Sequence record: JN849462.1
Reading direction: 5' to 3' (one strand)
DNA length: 64,000 bases
Each line of letters opens with the position of its first letter. Within the stretch, counting starts at the first letter, position 1. Below, in pieces: positions 27,363 through 36,002 of the stretch. A model generated the notes under the pieces. That model had not been told where the DNA came from. It saw nothing but the letters and a program-made list of their open reading frames with translations, and did no database searches. The translations under genes and the position numbers were made by a program.

Positions 27363-28078
27363 AGGTTTATTACTGTAGTGACATTCATAATGATTATCAC
27401 GACGAAAACGCGCTAGAACGCATCACGGGCGACAAAGACGCTGTATTGGTAGTAGCAGGTGACATTAACAGCAAAGGGCGAACAGTGCGCGATTTAGAAG
27501 CTGTCGCCGACCGCTGGCGTGCTGTTATCGCAGTGCCGGGAAATCACGATTGGTGGGGTCTTGCGATTCACGAGCGACACAAATTTGAAACTTCGGTTGA
27601 CAATGTTCACGTATTGCTTGAAGATACAGTTCAGATTGACGACGTGACATTCTGCGGGACTACGCTGTGGCACGAAGTCAATGACTGGTTTGAAGGTCAA
27701 CGCTGGAAAGAAAACATGAACGACCGTCGTAAGATTCGCGGTCCTCAATGGCGACCTTTGTATGGTGAAGATGTTCACGCGCTTCATTGCCAATCAGTAA
27801 AATTTATCGAGAAATGTCGCGAGATTGAAGGTAAGAAAGTGTTAATAACACATCACGCCCCGTCTCTGAAGAGCATTTCATCTTACTATGCGTACTCAAG
27901 TACGAATAGTTTTTATTGCACTGACCTTGAGCATTTGCTTGAAGGGTTCAACTTTGCAATTCACGGTCATGTTCATCAAGAATTTGACTATCACGTAAAC
28001 GGCTGTAATGTACTGTGTAACCCACGTGCATACGGCTCAGAAAACCCGGATTACGGGCTTAGGATTTTCGACATATGA
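27350..28078 (+). CDS. Calcineurin-like metallophosphoesterase
   Basis: SDIHND, AGD, PGNHD, THHAP, HGHVH, NPRAY. Confidence 0.88.
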   Translation: MANLKVYYCSDIHNDYHDENALERITGDKDAVLVVAGDINSKGRTVRDLEAVADRWRAVIAVPGNHDWWGLAIHERHKFETSVDNVHVLLEDTVQIDDVTFCGTTLWHEVNDWFEGQRWKENMNDRRKIRGPQWRPLYGEDVHALHCQSVKFIEKCREIEGKKVLITHHAPSLKSISSYYAYSSTNSFYCTDLEHLLEGFNFAIHGHVHQEFDYHVNGCNVLCNPRAYGSENPDYGLRIFDI

Positions 28079-28262
28079 CTTTTTTCTTGGTTACTTACTA
28101 ATCGGTGCTTTGCTTACTATTGCTATCAACCCTCAATTGAGTAAGCACTTTAAGCAAATGGGTGGCGAAAGCATCATTCTTATGAATGTAGCATCGGTAG
28201 TACTATCGCCGTTATTCGTAGTTATCCTGCTGATTAAAAAGCTGTTTGGTAAACTAAAATAA
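28075..28262 (+). pseudogene. Membrane protein gene interrupted by a T6 run (needs -1 shift)
   Basis: ATGA-coupled ATG ACT TTT TTC stops at 28099-28101; the -1 frame gives MTFFLGYLLIGALL... to 28262. Confidence 0.55.
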
Positions 28263-28265
28263 CGT

Positions 28266-28273
28266 ATTAAATA
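28266..28273 (+). promoter_or_regulatory. Late-promoter-like ATTAAATA
   Basis: gtATTAAATA, as at 26405. Confidence 0.5.
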
Positions 28274-28307
28274 CGTGCGTCTAATAATAACTTAAAAGGT
28301 AATACAA

Positions 28308-28553
28308 ATGACGCACGATTTGAATATGCTTCTTGAGCAGTACAACCTCGCGAATTACGATTGCGACGGTGATTTTGAAGACTATTACTGGTCGGTGGCA
28401 GAATGGATTGGTCAGACTGTCTTTAGTCACGGTACAATTCGTAAACACGATATTCTTGAACTGCTTTGCGATTTACTTGAAATATCTGAAGACCAAATCA
28501 ACGTAGATGACGTTGACGATTTTCTAACCGAAGTTTATGAGGTGATTGAATAA
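28308..28553 (+). CDS. Highly acidic small protein (possible DNA mimic / internal protein)
   Basis: 21 D/E vs 2 K/R in 81 aa by hand count; MTHDLNMLLE. Confidence 0.65.
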   Translation: MTHDLNMLLEQYNLANYDCDGDFEDYYWSVAEWIGQTVFSHGTIRKHDILELLCDLLEISEDQINVDDVDDFLTEVYEVIE

Positions 28554-28613
28554 TGAAGAAAATTCATCGTAAGGAGCTGTTTCACTGAGTAATTTAACTC
28601 GGAGAAACAGCAA

Positions 28614-29126
28614 ATGACTGAAGTCAAAAAATACAAAGGCGTAAAAGAAAACGAACTACCAATCTACAACTCTCGTGAAATGCGCTACAGGTACATTTAC
28701 AAGGTAGATGAAGGTTCATGGGTACCAGAGTGGGCTAGAACATATGTTCGTTACGAACGTTTCTGGACGATGCGTCTAGAAGTCGGGTTTTACATTGCCG
28801 ACGAAGCAAGTCGCAAGCTAGATCTGATTCGCAAAGCCGAACGTCTGGCATCATACAAAGGTAACTACGTTTTCCGTTACACGCCAGTGCCACATACAGG
28901 TGGCTACAAGAACTGGGTATCAACCATTCGTGGTAAAGGGTTGATGTCTGAGATCCATCACAATAAGATTTGCAAAGACGAAATTGAGCCAGAATACGGT
29001 AATGTCGTACGCAAAAAGCGTGATAAACTAGTGCGCTGTCTTAGAGATTGGGATGGTCTAGAGTCGTATCATTCACAACAACGCGGTTGGAAACGTTCTA
29101 AGAAGCGTAAGCAGTGGATGAAATAA
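28614..29126 (+). CDS. Basic hypothetical protein
   Basis: GGAG RBS; RYTPVPHTG..RKKR..WKRSKKRKQW. Confidence 0.75.
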   Translation: MTEVKKYKGVKENELPIYNSREMRYRYIYKVDEGSWVPEWARTYVRYERFWTMRLEVGFYIADEASRKLDLIRKAERLASYKGNYVFRYTPVPHTGGYKNWVSTIRGKGLMSEIHHNKICKDEIEPEYGNVVRKKRDKLVRCLRDWDGLESYHSQQRGWKRSKKRKQWMK

Positions 29127-29131
29127 TGAAG

Positions 29132-29198
29132 AAAAGGGTTGCAATTCGCAGCCCTTTTTAGTATCATACAGTAGATTCACCTTGAGAGATATATTATG
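29132..29198 (+). promoter_or_regulatory. Class A terminator/promoter cassette
   Basis: aaaagggTTGCAAttcgcagccctttt; 17 nt; TATCAT 29162. Confidence 0.75.
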
Positions 29199-29792
29199 AC
29201 TGATAAGAAACAAAAACCAACTCTAATTTTTGACGTAGATGGTGTTCTAATTGATTGGGCAAGCCAGCTACCGTTATTCTGCAAACGCTGCGGAATCGAC
29301 CCTGTTCGTGCGCTGAAGCATTTCACAGCGAAAGAACACGTTGACGTACGCGACCTATTCGGCGTTGAACAACGCTCAATTGCATTTGATTTGCTTGAGA
29401 AATACAATCTCGAACATGGCAAATACATGACTGCTTTCCCAGATGCGGTCGAGCACGTACACAAAATCGCCAAAGAGTACAATCTAGTCGCATTGACTAA
29501 ATTCGGTGACACTACAGATCACTGGCTAGTTCGCAAGTTCAATCTTGAGACGTTCTTCCCTGGGTGTTTCAGTGAGTTGATCACAATTCGCGGTGATGAG
29601 AGCAAAGTCGGGTATGTTGCTGCATTACAAGCAGATCATAATGTAGTTGGTTTTATCGACGACCAGCTTGAGAATATTCAAGCAATCAGTCGAGCAACGA
29701 ATCTCAAAACGATTCACCTAAACCGCTACGATGAACGCGCTGATGTTCATCACATGTCGAAGCTATTAGACTTTCTTCACGAAAAAGTTTAA
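29196..29792 (+). CDS. HAD-family hydrolase (T4 gp30.2-like)
   Basis: LIFDVDGVL, FIDD..N. Confidence 0.8.
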   Translation: MTDKKQKPTLIFDVDGVLIDWASQLPLFCKRCGIDPVRALKHFTAKEHVDVRDLFGVEQRSIAFDLLEKYNLEHGKYMTAFPDAVEHVHKIAKEYNLVALTKFGDTTDHWLVRKFNLETFFPGCFSELITIRGDESKVGYVAALQADHNVVGFIDDQLENIQAISRATNLKTIHLNRYDERADVHHMSKLLDFLHEKV

Positions 29793-29840
29793 TACAGCAA
29801 TAACTCATCGTATAATAAAGCTCCGTTTGGGGCTTTTTTT
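29787..29840 (+). promoter_or_regulatory. Class B promoter overlapped by a terminator-like hairpin
   Basis: G-TTTAAT, 17 nt, TATAAT 29811; aagctcc-gttt-ggggcttttttt. Confidence 0.6.
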
Positions 29841-29850
29841 GGATTCGAAG

Positions 29851-30150
29851 ATGATTAAACGAGCTTATATTATTCACGCAGATAGCGCACTTGCAAAACG
29901 CGCAGTCGCGCTTGACAAACGAGAAGCAAAAGGTAAACCGTTCTTCACTAGTAAAGAAGAGTGGGAAGCTGAACTGCAAACGGATTGGCAAGAATGGAAC
30001 AAGGAAGCATGTGATTACATCGTTCACATATACGGCGATCATATCGCTGGGAAAACATTCTTAGTTACAATTCAAGACGGCAACGTATATTTTGAGGAAA
30101 ATGATGTTTGCTATACTAATGAAAAGCAACCAAGAAGTGGCGATTATTGA
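29851..30150 (+). CDS. Hypothetical protein
   Basis: ATG in frame with ORF 29827. Confidence 0.65.
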   Translation: MIKRAYIIHADSALAKRAVALDKREAKGKPFFTSKEEWEAELQTDWQEWNKEACDYIVHIYGDHIAGKTFLVTIQDGNVYFEENDVCYTNEKQPRSGDY

Positions 30151-30322
30151 TCTCGGTGATGTTACAATGCCTGCATTGTACATGAAAGAAGATGACGCGC
30201 TTCGAGTGTTGTACAAAAATGATTTACACGACCGTTGCTTTGTTGCACGTGTTCGTCCTGAAATTTATATAGAGGGTCCAGATGATTCTACCGATTCTAA
30301 ACAAACTAGCAGCAACGACTAA
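30119..30322 (+). CDS. Hypothetical protein
   Basis: ATG in frame with ORF 30092. Confidence 0.5.
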   Translation: MKSNQEVAIIDLGDVTMPALYMKEDDALRVLYKNDLHDRCFVARVRPEIYIEGPDDSTDSKQTSSND

Positions 30323-31625
30323 GCGTACTGAAAAAGAGAAGATCTTGAAGTCTGAAGCAAGCAACGAATTGCTGAAGCGAGTCTTCCAACTTGCGTACAC
30401 GCCAACATATCAGTACAACATGAAAAAACTGCCTGAAGTTTGTCATGAAACTGCTGCTCTACACGTCGATTGCTATCTTCCGCTTGAAGAAGCACTTGAG
30501 CATGTGTTTGATGCGCTAGTGACTAAACAAACTCGCGGTCAAGCTGCTCAGACTGTTGTCTCTAACATCTTGAAGCAAGTAACTGCTGATGATGCTGAGG
30601 TGATTCGTCGTGTGATTCTACGAGATTTGCGCACTGGTTGTACTGGCAGCACTGCTAACAAAGTGTGGAAGAAACTGATTCCTGAGCAGCCACAAATGCT
30701 TGCAAGTGCGCATAACGAAAAGCTAATCGACGCGATTCTGACTAAAATCGCATACGCTGAACTAAAAGCAGACGGAGCACGCTGTTTTGCTCACGTTGAC
30801 CTTGACGGTAATATTACGCTGACATCGAGAAACGGCAAACCGTATCTTGGCTTACAGAAAGTCGAGAAAGCATTGACTGCAATGGGCGTGAATGGCTTTG
30901 TAATTGACGGTGAGCTTGTCTATGCACCGAATGGTCTCCACGCAGTTGAAGACCGTTCAACTGGTAACGGCATCGTTAACAAAGCAAGCAAAGGCACGAT
31001 TTCTCTAAAAGAGCAAGCTGACATCATCTTCCAAGTATGGGACATCATCCCAGAAGATGTGTACTTCGGCAAGTCAAACGAACTCAACATGGCGTACAGC
31101 AAGCGTAAGAGTGTTTTAGCAGATGTTGCGCTTAAAGCAAAGGGTGTCATTGAGCCGATTCCGTGGCAAACAGTTTCGACTAAAGAACAAGCGTCTGAAA
31201 TCTACAATCAGTACGTTGCTCAGGGTCTAGAAGGCATCATCTTGAAAGATCCAGATGCGCTTTGGGAAAACAAGCGAAGCAAATCACTTGTGAAGTACAA
31301 AGAAGTGCATGACGGGGATCTTGAGATCATTGAAGTCATCGAAGGCGACAAGAAGAACAAAGGCAAGATGGGTGCTCTTCTATTGCGTTCAGCTTGCGGT
31401 AAGTTGATTACTAAAGTTGGTAGCGGATTCACTGACAAAGATCGCGAAGAAATCTGGGAACGACGTGATGAAGTTATCGGCATGATTGTCGAAATCAACT
31501 ACAACGCGATTACTCGCGCACGAAACAAAGACACATGGTCGTGTTTCTTGCCAATTTTCGTGCAATTCCGCGACGACAAAGACGTTGCGAACACGCTTGA
31601 AGAAATGAGCGGGTTCAAGGGTTAA
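30282..31625 (+). CDS. 30: ATP-dependent DNA ligase gp30
   Basis: ELKADGAR, SRNGK, IDGELV, EGIILK, WENKRS, FLPIFV.FRDDK. Confidence 0.97.
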   Translation: MILPILNKLAATTKRTEKEKILKSEASNELLKRVFQLAYTPTYQYNMKKLPEVCHETAALHVDCYLPLEEALEHVFDALVTKQTRGQAAQTVVSNILKQVTADDAEVIRRVILRDLRTGCTGSTANKVWKKLIPEQPQMLASAHNEKLIDAILTKIAYAELKADGARCFAHVDLDGNITLTSRNGKPYLGLQKVEKALTAMGVNGFVIDGELVYAPNGLHAVEDRSTGNGIVNKASKGTISLKEQADIIFQVWDIIPEDVYFGKSNELNMAYSKRKSVLADVALKAKGVIEPIPWQTVSTKEQASEIYNQYVAQGLEGIILKDPDALWENKRSKSLVKYKEVHDGDLEIIEVIEGDKKNKGKMGALLLRSACGKLITKVGSGFTDKDREEIWERRDEVIGMIVEINYNAITRARNKDTWSCFLPIFVQFRDDKDVANTLEEMSGFKG

Positions 31626-31626
31626 T

Positions 31627-31650
31627 AAAAGGGGCTTTCGCCCCTTTTTT
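31627..31650 (+). terminator. Intrinsic terminator
   Basis: aaaaggggc-tttc-gcccctttttt. Confidence 0.8.
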
Positions 31651-31652
31651 CG

Positions 31653-31660
31653 TATAAATA
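31653..31660 (+). promoter_or_regulatory. Consensus T4 late promoter TATAAATA
   Basis: Exact match immediately after the terminator. Confidence 0.8.
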
Positions 31661-31683
31661 CTTTCATTTAGAGAGAACCGAAA

Positions 31684-32565
31684 ATGATTATATTCGAAGA
31701 CATTAATCCGCTTTGTGAAGCATTTGATCGTCCAGCACCATACAAATGGGATTCTATGTACAACGAAGCCCGATTTACGGTTGGGAACGTGCAGTATGTC
31801 GCGTTTATCAAAGATAATGACACAGCAAGAGGTTTAAGTCTGTATGTGGCATTTCAGCGTCGTGATAACGCAACTGGTCAATGGACTCACTCACTTGCTA
31901 AAGGCTCGCCGAAAGACGCAATGACGGTATTGAGCACAATACTGGCAGCAACATTTGACAAGGCATCAAAAGTTGAACCGAATGAAATTACATTCAGTGC
32001 ATTTCGTGACGCAGATGACGAAGACGCAAATAAGCGTTTTAGGCTGTACAAGCGTATGGCTGAGCGATACGCAAAGCAAATGAATTACACAGTTCATATC
32101 ACTGGTAATAGCTTCACACTAACAAACAACAATCCACCTAAGATCAGACGACTCCACAATGACGGCATTCACAAAGAAGATGAACTTACATACGTAAATT
32201 TCCCTGCTTGTAATGCATTTACATGGGCGAAGATTTTCTGGCTTGACAATGACGGCGATTACATCAAACTTACATTACCGCACGGTCGTATTCACATTGT
32301 GAGAAAATCAAGTGACGTAATTGAAATCGAAGCAATTACACCGAAAGGTCGTTTTGACAATCTAGATTCAGATGAGATTTGGATGTCGATGTTATCTGAT
32401 ATTAAAGTGAAAGCTAGAGGCGGAAGAACATTTACTATATCAGAGAAAGGCGCGATTTTAGATGCGGGTGATATGATTTTGTGTGAGCAAGGTACGTTTT
32501 ATTACCTAAGTTCTGAAGATGATTTCAAAGAAATCTGGGGGTATGAAATCGACTCGATTGAATAA
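31684..32565 (+). CDS. Late hypothetical protein, candidate internal head protein
   Basis: Own late promoter and terminator; MIIFEDINPLCE. Confidence 0.75.
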   Translation: MIIFEDINPLCEAFDRPAPYKWDSMYNEARFTVGNVQYVAFIKDNDTARGLSLYVAFQRRDNATGQWTHSLAKGSPKDAMTVLSTILAATFDKASKVEPNEITFSAFRDADDEDANKRFRLYKRMAERYAKQMNYTVHITGNSFTLTNNNPPKIRRLHNDGIHKEDELTYVNFPACNAFTWAKIFWLDNDGDYIKLTLPHGRIHIVRKSSDVIEIEAITPKGRFDNLDSDEIWMSMLSDIKVKARGGRTFTISEKGAILDAGDMILCEQGTFYYLSSEDDFKEIWGYEIDSIE

Positions 32566-32566
32566 G

Positions 32567-32593
32567 AAAAGGGAGCAAATTGCTCCCTTTTTT
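32567..32593. terminator. Bidirectional terminator between convergent genes
   Basis: aaaa-gggagca-aat-tgctccc-tttttt. Confidence 0.8.
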
Positions 32594-32595
32594 GA

Positions 32596-34260
32596 TCATG
32601 GTGTCAGAGGACTACGTTCTTTCACTTTGCGGTCTTCGTCGATTTCAATATCAACAACTCGCATGAAGTTAGCAACTTGCGCTAACTCACTCAAACGTTC
32701 CTGCTTTTTGTAAGCAGACAGGACGCCGCTTTTCGATGAATTGTCTTTGGCTTTCAAGCGAATCACCGCATCGAATTCTGATAATTGAACAACGTCGGCT
32801 TCGAACATCGTATTACGGTTGATGATGAAATCACAATCGCCTTTCTTCCCGTATTTGCCTGGTGCTAAAACAGGTAACCCGTCAGACTCAATAACAAACA
32901 CAACGTTCAGTTTTCTGTCAGATTCGAGCATATCACGCATAATTGATTTGCTATTCTTGCTCGTCGCGTTGACGATTGTTTTCGCGCTAGATTCAACAAA
33001 GTCACATACAACAAATGGATCAGTTGATGATGTGATGAACGCAGTTGAAACGAACGCGCCAGATTCAAGAATCGAGCCGACACGTTTGCTAGACATTTCA
33101 CAACCACGATATAGCGTAACGCCATTCGACACCTTACCAGCTTCATAGAAAGCTCGATCTAAGCGAGAAATTGCATCCCTAACCTTTTCATCACCAGTTC
33201 CGTGAACTAACTCTTCATTGACCTTCCACGAATAACGAGACGCAGAATAGCGAGAAATTGCAGCTTGAGTAAGAGAAGATAGACCAGCATATGAATCTTC
33301 TTGCATCATTTGCAACGATAATTGGTCATATTGCTTCTCAAACGCACGTGAGCGGGCTTTTAACAGTGCGGAGCATACTTCACTAATCAAATTAGATTTA
33401 ACGCCCTCTGAACGTGCTGAAGCGATATATGGGTTCATTCGTTCTGCTACATCAACAAGGTCGATGTTCATATCAACAATTGCTTGAGCAGCGTTAGCCA
33501 ATTTAGTTAGACCGTCAGTTGCTGCCGCTTCTGTTAATTGCTGCTTGATAGATGCACTGACCCGCGCTTCCGTTTGTGGCATTTGCAGAATTTGATTCGG
33601 GACGCGAACGGCAGGGTTTTCTTCTACCCATTGACCTAGAACATCATCTTCATAATCATCATAGCCAGCATCGGCAGTCACGATGATTGTTTTCTTGCTT
33701 GAAATGTCAGTCTCTTTCGCCATTTTAGCAGCAAGAATATTGATTGTTTCTTCGGTTGCTTCGACGAGTTTATCAGCGTCATAGCCGGGTTTCGTGATCA
33801 CGAAGAAGCTGAAATCTTCAGCCATTTCATTATCACCGACGTTCATGATTTTAGTCGTTTCGCAGCCGTATCGAAGTTTCTTGAACAGCGTTTTAACACG
33901 CATGTCGAACATTTTACCGCTACCGATCTTTTGAATACGCATAGACACAGCGTTGGCACGTGTTTTCAACATGAAACTTTGGATCAATTTAACCAATGTT
34001 TCTTGAAACTTTTCTTGGTCTCCCATGTCACGGATGGTTAATCCGCCTTTTTTGCCTCGCATTGCTGAGACAGTACAGAACCACGAACGTTTTCCACGAT
34101 TTCCGATGTCTGATTTTGTTTTAGTTGTGAACGAAACTACAACGTCACGAGCTTCGCCTTTCATATCGATCACAAAGAATTTGTTTTCTTTGGTCGAGCG
34201 AGCCGGATAGTAGTCGTACGTTGCGCTCATGTTTTCAGTTAATTGTTGAAATCCAATCAT
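32596..34260 (-). CDS. alt: Alt-like ADP-ribosyltransferase
   Basis: TLYRG and TSST ART motifs; N-terminus like T4 Alt (AVSMRIQK); late-like promoter; DCD in place of ExE. Confidence 0.75.
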   Translation of the reverse strand: MIGFQQLTENMSATYDYYPARSTKENKFFVIDMKGEARDVVVSFTTKTKSDIGNRGKRSWFCTVSAMRGKKGGLTIRDMGDQEKFQETLVKLIQSFMLKTRANAVSMRIQKIGSGKMFDMRVKTLFKKLRYGCETTKIMNVGDNEMAEDFSFFVITKPGYDADKLVEATEETINILAAKMAKETDISSKKTIIVTADAGYDDYEDDVLGQWVEENPAVRVPNQILQMPQTEARVSASIKQQLTEAAATDGLTKLANAAQAIVDMNIDLVDVAERMNPYIASARSEGVKSNLISEVCSALLKARSRAFEKQYDQLSLQMMQEDSYAGLSSLTQAAISRYSASRYSWKVNEELVHGTGDEKVRDAISRLDRAFYEAGKVSNGVTLYRGCEMSSKRVGSILESGAFVSTAFITSSTDPFVVCDFVESSAKTIVNATSKNSKSIMRDMLESDRKLNVVFVIESDGLPVLAPGKYGKKGDCDFIINRNTMFEADVVQLSEFDAVIRLKAKDNSSKSGVLSAYKKQERLSELAQVANFMRVVDIEIDEDRKVKERSPLTP

Positions 34261-34293
34261 TTTTATAGACTCACCCTTTAGAAAATATATGAG

Positions 34294-34301
34294 TATTTAT
34301 G
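34294..34301 (-). promoter_or_regulatory. Late promoter variant CATAAATA for the alt-like gene
   Basis: tatttatg on + strand, 33 nt upstream of start. Confidence 0.6.
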
Positions 34302-34342
34302 ATGCACATAACACCCGTTGAAAATATTTTAAACTTTTCGCA

Positions 34343-34423
34343 AAAAAAGGTTGCACAACGATAGTGTTGTCTCCTATTATTATCTCATCGAAACGAATTA
34401 ACAAACAAGAGAGAATAATTATG
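34343..34423 (+). promoter_or_regulatory. Class A early promoter plus leader
   Basis: aaaaaaggTTGCAC, 18 nt, TATTAT; catcgaaacga..agagagaataattATG. Confidence 0.7.
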
Positions 34424-34924
34424 AATGCACAATCAATGACTAACGCTCAAATCGCTGAACTATTCGACATGACAGTTGACGCAAACGGTTTTCAAGCAGT
34501 TGATGCGAAAGGTCGTCGTCATTACCTGACCGACTTACGTCAAAAAGCAATGAAAGCTGCTAAGACGAAGAAAGCACGTAAAGTACGCGCTGAAGCACAA
34601 CCTAAAGCAACTGCCGAAGAACTACTTGCAGAACTACAAAGCGAGTCGTCAGATTTCTGGGAAATTCGCGAATCTCAGCCAGGGATGGACTCTGAAGAAC
34701 ACGGTCTGAACGTGTACGTGACTGCTGGTCTGCCTGATCGTCACCGCGTAATGATTCGCTCAAGTGTTTTAACAAACAAAGAGCTTGATCGTGAACTCGG
34801 CTACCTGAATCCATCAAAGCAGAAAGAAGAACAGCGTCGCAAAAAATCGACAATTATTTTCTCAAACCGTTCAGCGAAAGAAATCGTTGAAATCATTGAA
34901 AAAGTGAAGTCAATTAGTGAATAA
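34421..34924 (+). CDS. Early hypothetical protein
   Basis: Start reassigned to ATG after the cassette. Confidence 0.75.
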   Translation: MNAQSMTNAQIAELFDMTVDANGFQAVDAKGRRHYLTDLRQKAMKAAKTKKARKVRAEAQPKATAEELLAELQSESSDFWEIRESQPGMDSEEHGLNVYVTAGLPDRHRVMIRSSVLTNKELDRELGYLNPSKQKEEQRRKKSTIIFSNRSAKEIVEIIEKVKSISE

Positions 34925-34952
34925 TGTGAACTAACTCACGAAAAAGTAGTTT

Positions 34953-35035
34953 TCGGGTATTGACAATAACACATCAATACCCGATAATAAACACATCAAG
35001 ACGAGATACGAACTACTTAAAGAGAGAACATTATG
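34953..35035 (+). promoter_or_regulatory. Class A promoter in an 11-bp inverted repeat plus leader
   Basis: tcgggtaTTGACA..tcaatacccGATAAT; 17 nt spacer. Confidence 0.75.
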
Positions 35036-35845
35036 ACAATCACTAAAGCAGAAATGAAAGCAATCGCACTTGACCTAATGAGCGGTAACAATCTAATGCA
35101 ACGCGATTTGATTGCTGAAGGTTGGTCTTTCGAATTCTCAACTCGCAAAGCTGCACTTGGTGACTGTAACTACCGTACTAAAGTACTACGTCTTTCTGAA
35201 GTGTACTTGAATGCTCGTACTAAAGAAGAGCAAATCAACACAATCACTCACGAAATGGCTCACGCAATCGCGTACACTGATTTCAACGAACGTGGTCACG
35301 GTGCTATCTGGAAGCGTGTGCATCGTCAACTAGGTGGTACTGCTGAACGTTGTTCAACTGTTTCAAATCCTGAAGCTGTAGACAGCAAGTACGTTGTTTT
35401 CTTCGAAAACGCTCAAGGTGAACTAGAAGTAGTTCAAAAAATGGATCGCATGACTAAGCGTTTTCAACCAGTACACATCAAGTCTCTATACTTGAAAGGT
35501 CGCAAAGCTGAAACTGAAGGTCAACTTCGTTGTGTTTCTTCAGCGACGTTCAAAGCTATCAAAGCTGATTTAGAAGCTAAGAAAGCTGATAACGCTGAAG
35601 CATCAAAACCAGTTGCACCTAAAGCTAAGAAAGCTGAAACACCTAAAGCTAAGAAAGTTTCAGCACGCGGTCAAGCTGCTCGTGACGCAATCGCAGAAAT
35701 CGTGATGACTACTACTCATAAAGGTTGTAAGTCAGTGTCTTTCGAACAGCGTGGCAAATACAAAGACTGGTACATCATGATTGAACTAGAAGCTCACACA
35801 ATCGAACAGCGTCTAGACACTTTCAAAAAGAAACACAGCCTGTAA
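35033..35845 (+). CDS. SprT-like zinc metalloprotease
   Basis: ALGDCNY, THEMAHA (HExxH), HG..WK; K/A-rich linker. Confidence 0.8.
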   Translation: MTITKAEMKAIALDLMSGNNLMQRDLIAEGWSFEFSTRKAALGDCNYRTKVLRLSEVYLNARTKEEQINTITHEMAHAIAYTDFNERGHGAIWKRVHRQLGGTAERCSTVSNPEAVDSKYVVFFENAQGELEVVQKMDRMTKRFQPVHIKSLYLKGRKAETEGQLRCVSSATFKAIKADLEAKKADNAEASKPVAPKAKKAETPKAKKVSARGQAARDAIAEIVMTTTHKGCKSVSFEQRGKYKDWYIMIELEAHTIEQRLDTFKKKHSL

Positions 35846-35855
35846 TCTCTCATTT

Positions 35856-35876
35856 AGCCCCGAAAGGGGCTTTTTT
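35856..35876 (+). terminator. Intrinsic terminator
   Basis: agcccc-gaaa-ggggctttttt. Confidence 0.8.
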
Positions 35877-35906
35877 AGGTTTGAGCCGGAAAAATTCCGT
35901 CTCATC

Positions 35907-35951
35907 TTAGTAGAATTAGTGCTTTTAGTAATATTAGAAGTATTAGTAAGA
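35907..35951. repeat. Five tandem 9-bp units starting TTAG
   Basis: TTAGTAGAA TTAGTGCTT TTAGTAATA TTAGAAGTA TTAGTAAGA. Confidence 0.7.
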
Positions 35952-35954
35952 TTT

Positions 35955-35984
35955 GTTTAACAAACACCTTGACAGCCGTATAAT
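35955..35984 (+). promoter_or_regulatory. Class B promoter
   Basis: G-TTTAAC, 17 nt, TATAAT 35979. Confidence 0.65.
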
Positions 35985-36002
35985 ACACGTCGAGGTGATG
36001 AA

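Noticed and set aside
28008-28074. Upstream in-frame start for the membrane ORF 28008-28262
   Set aside because: It overlaps the phosphoesterase C-terminus with no RBS and a non-hydrophobic sequence; the ATGA start at 28075 plus a frameshift is more parsimonious
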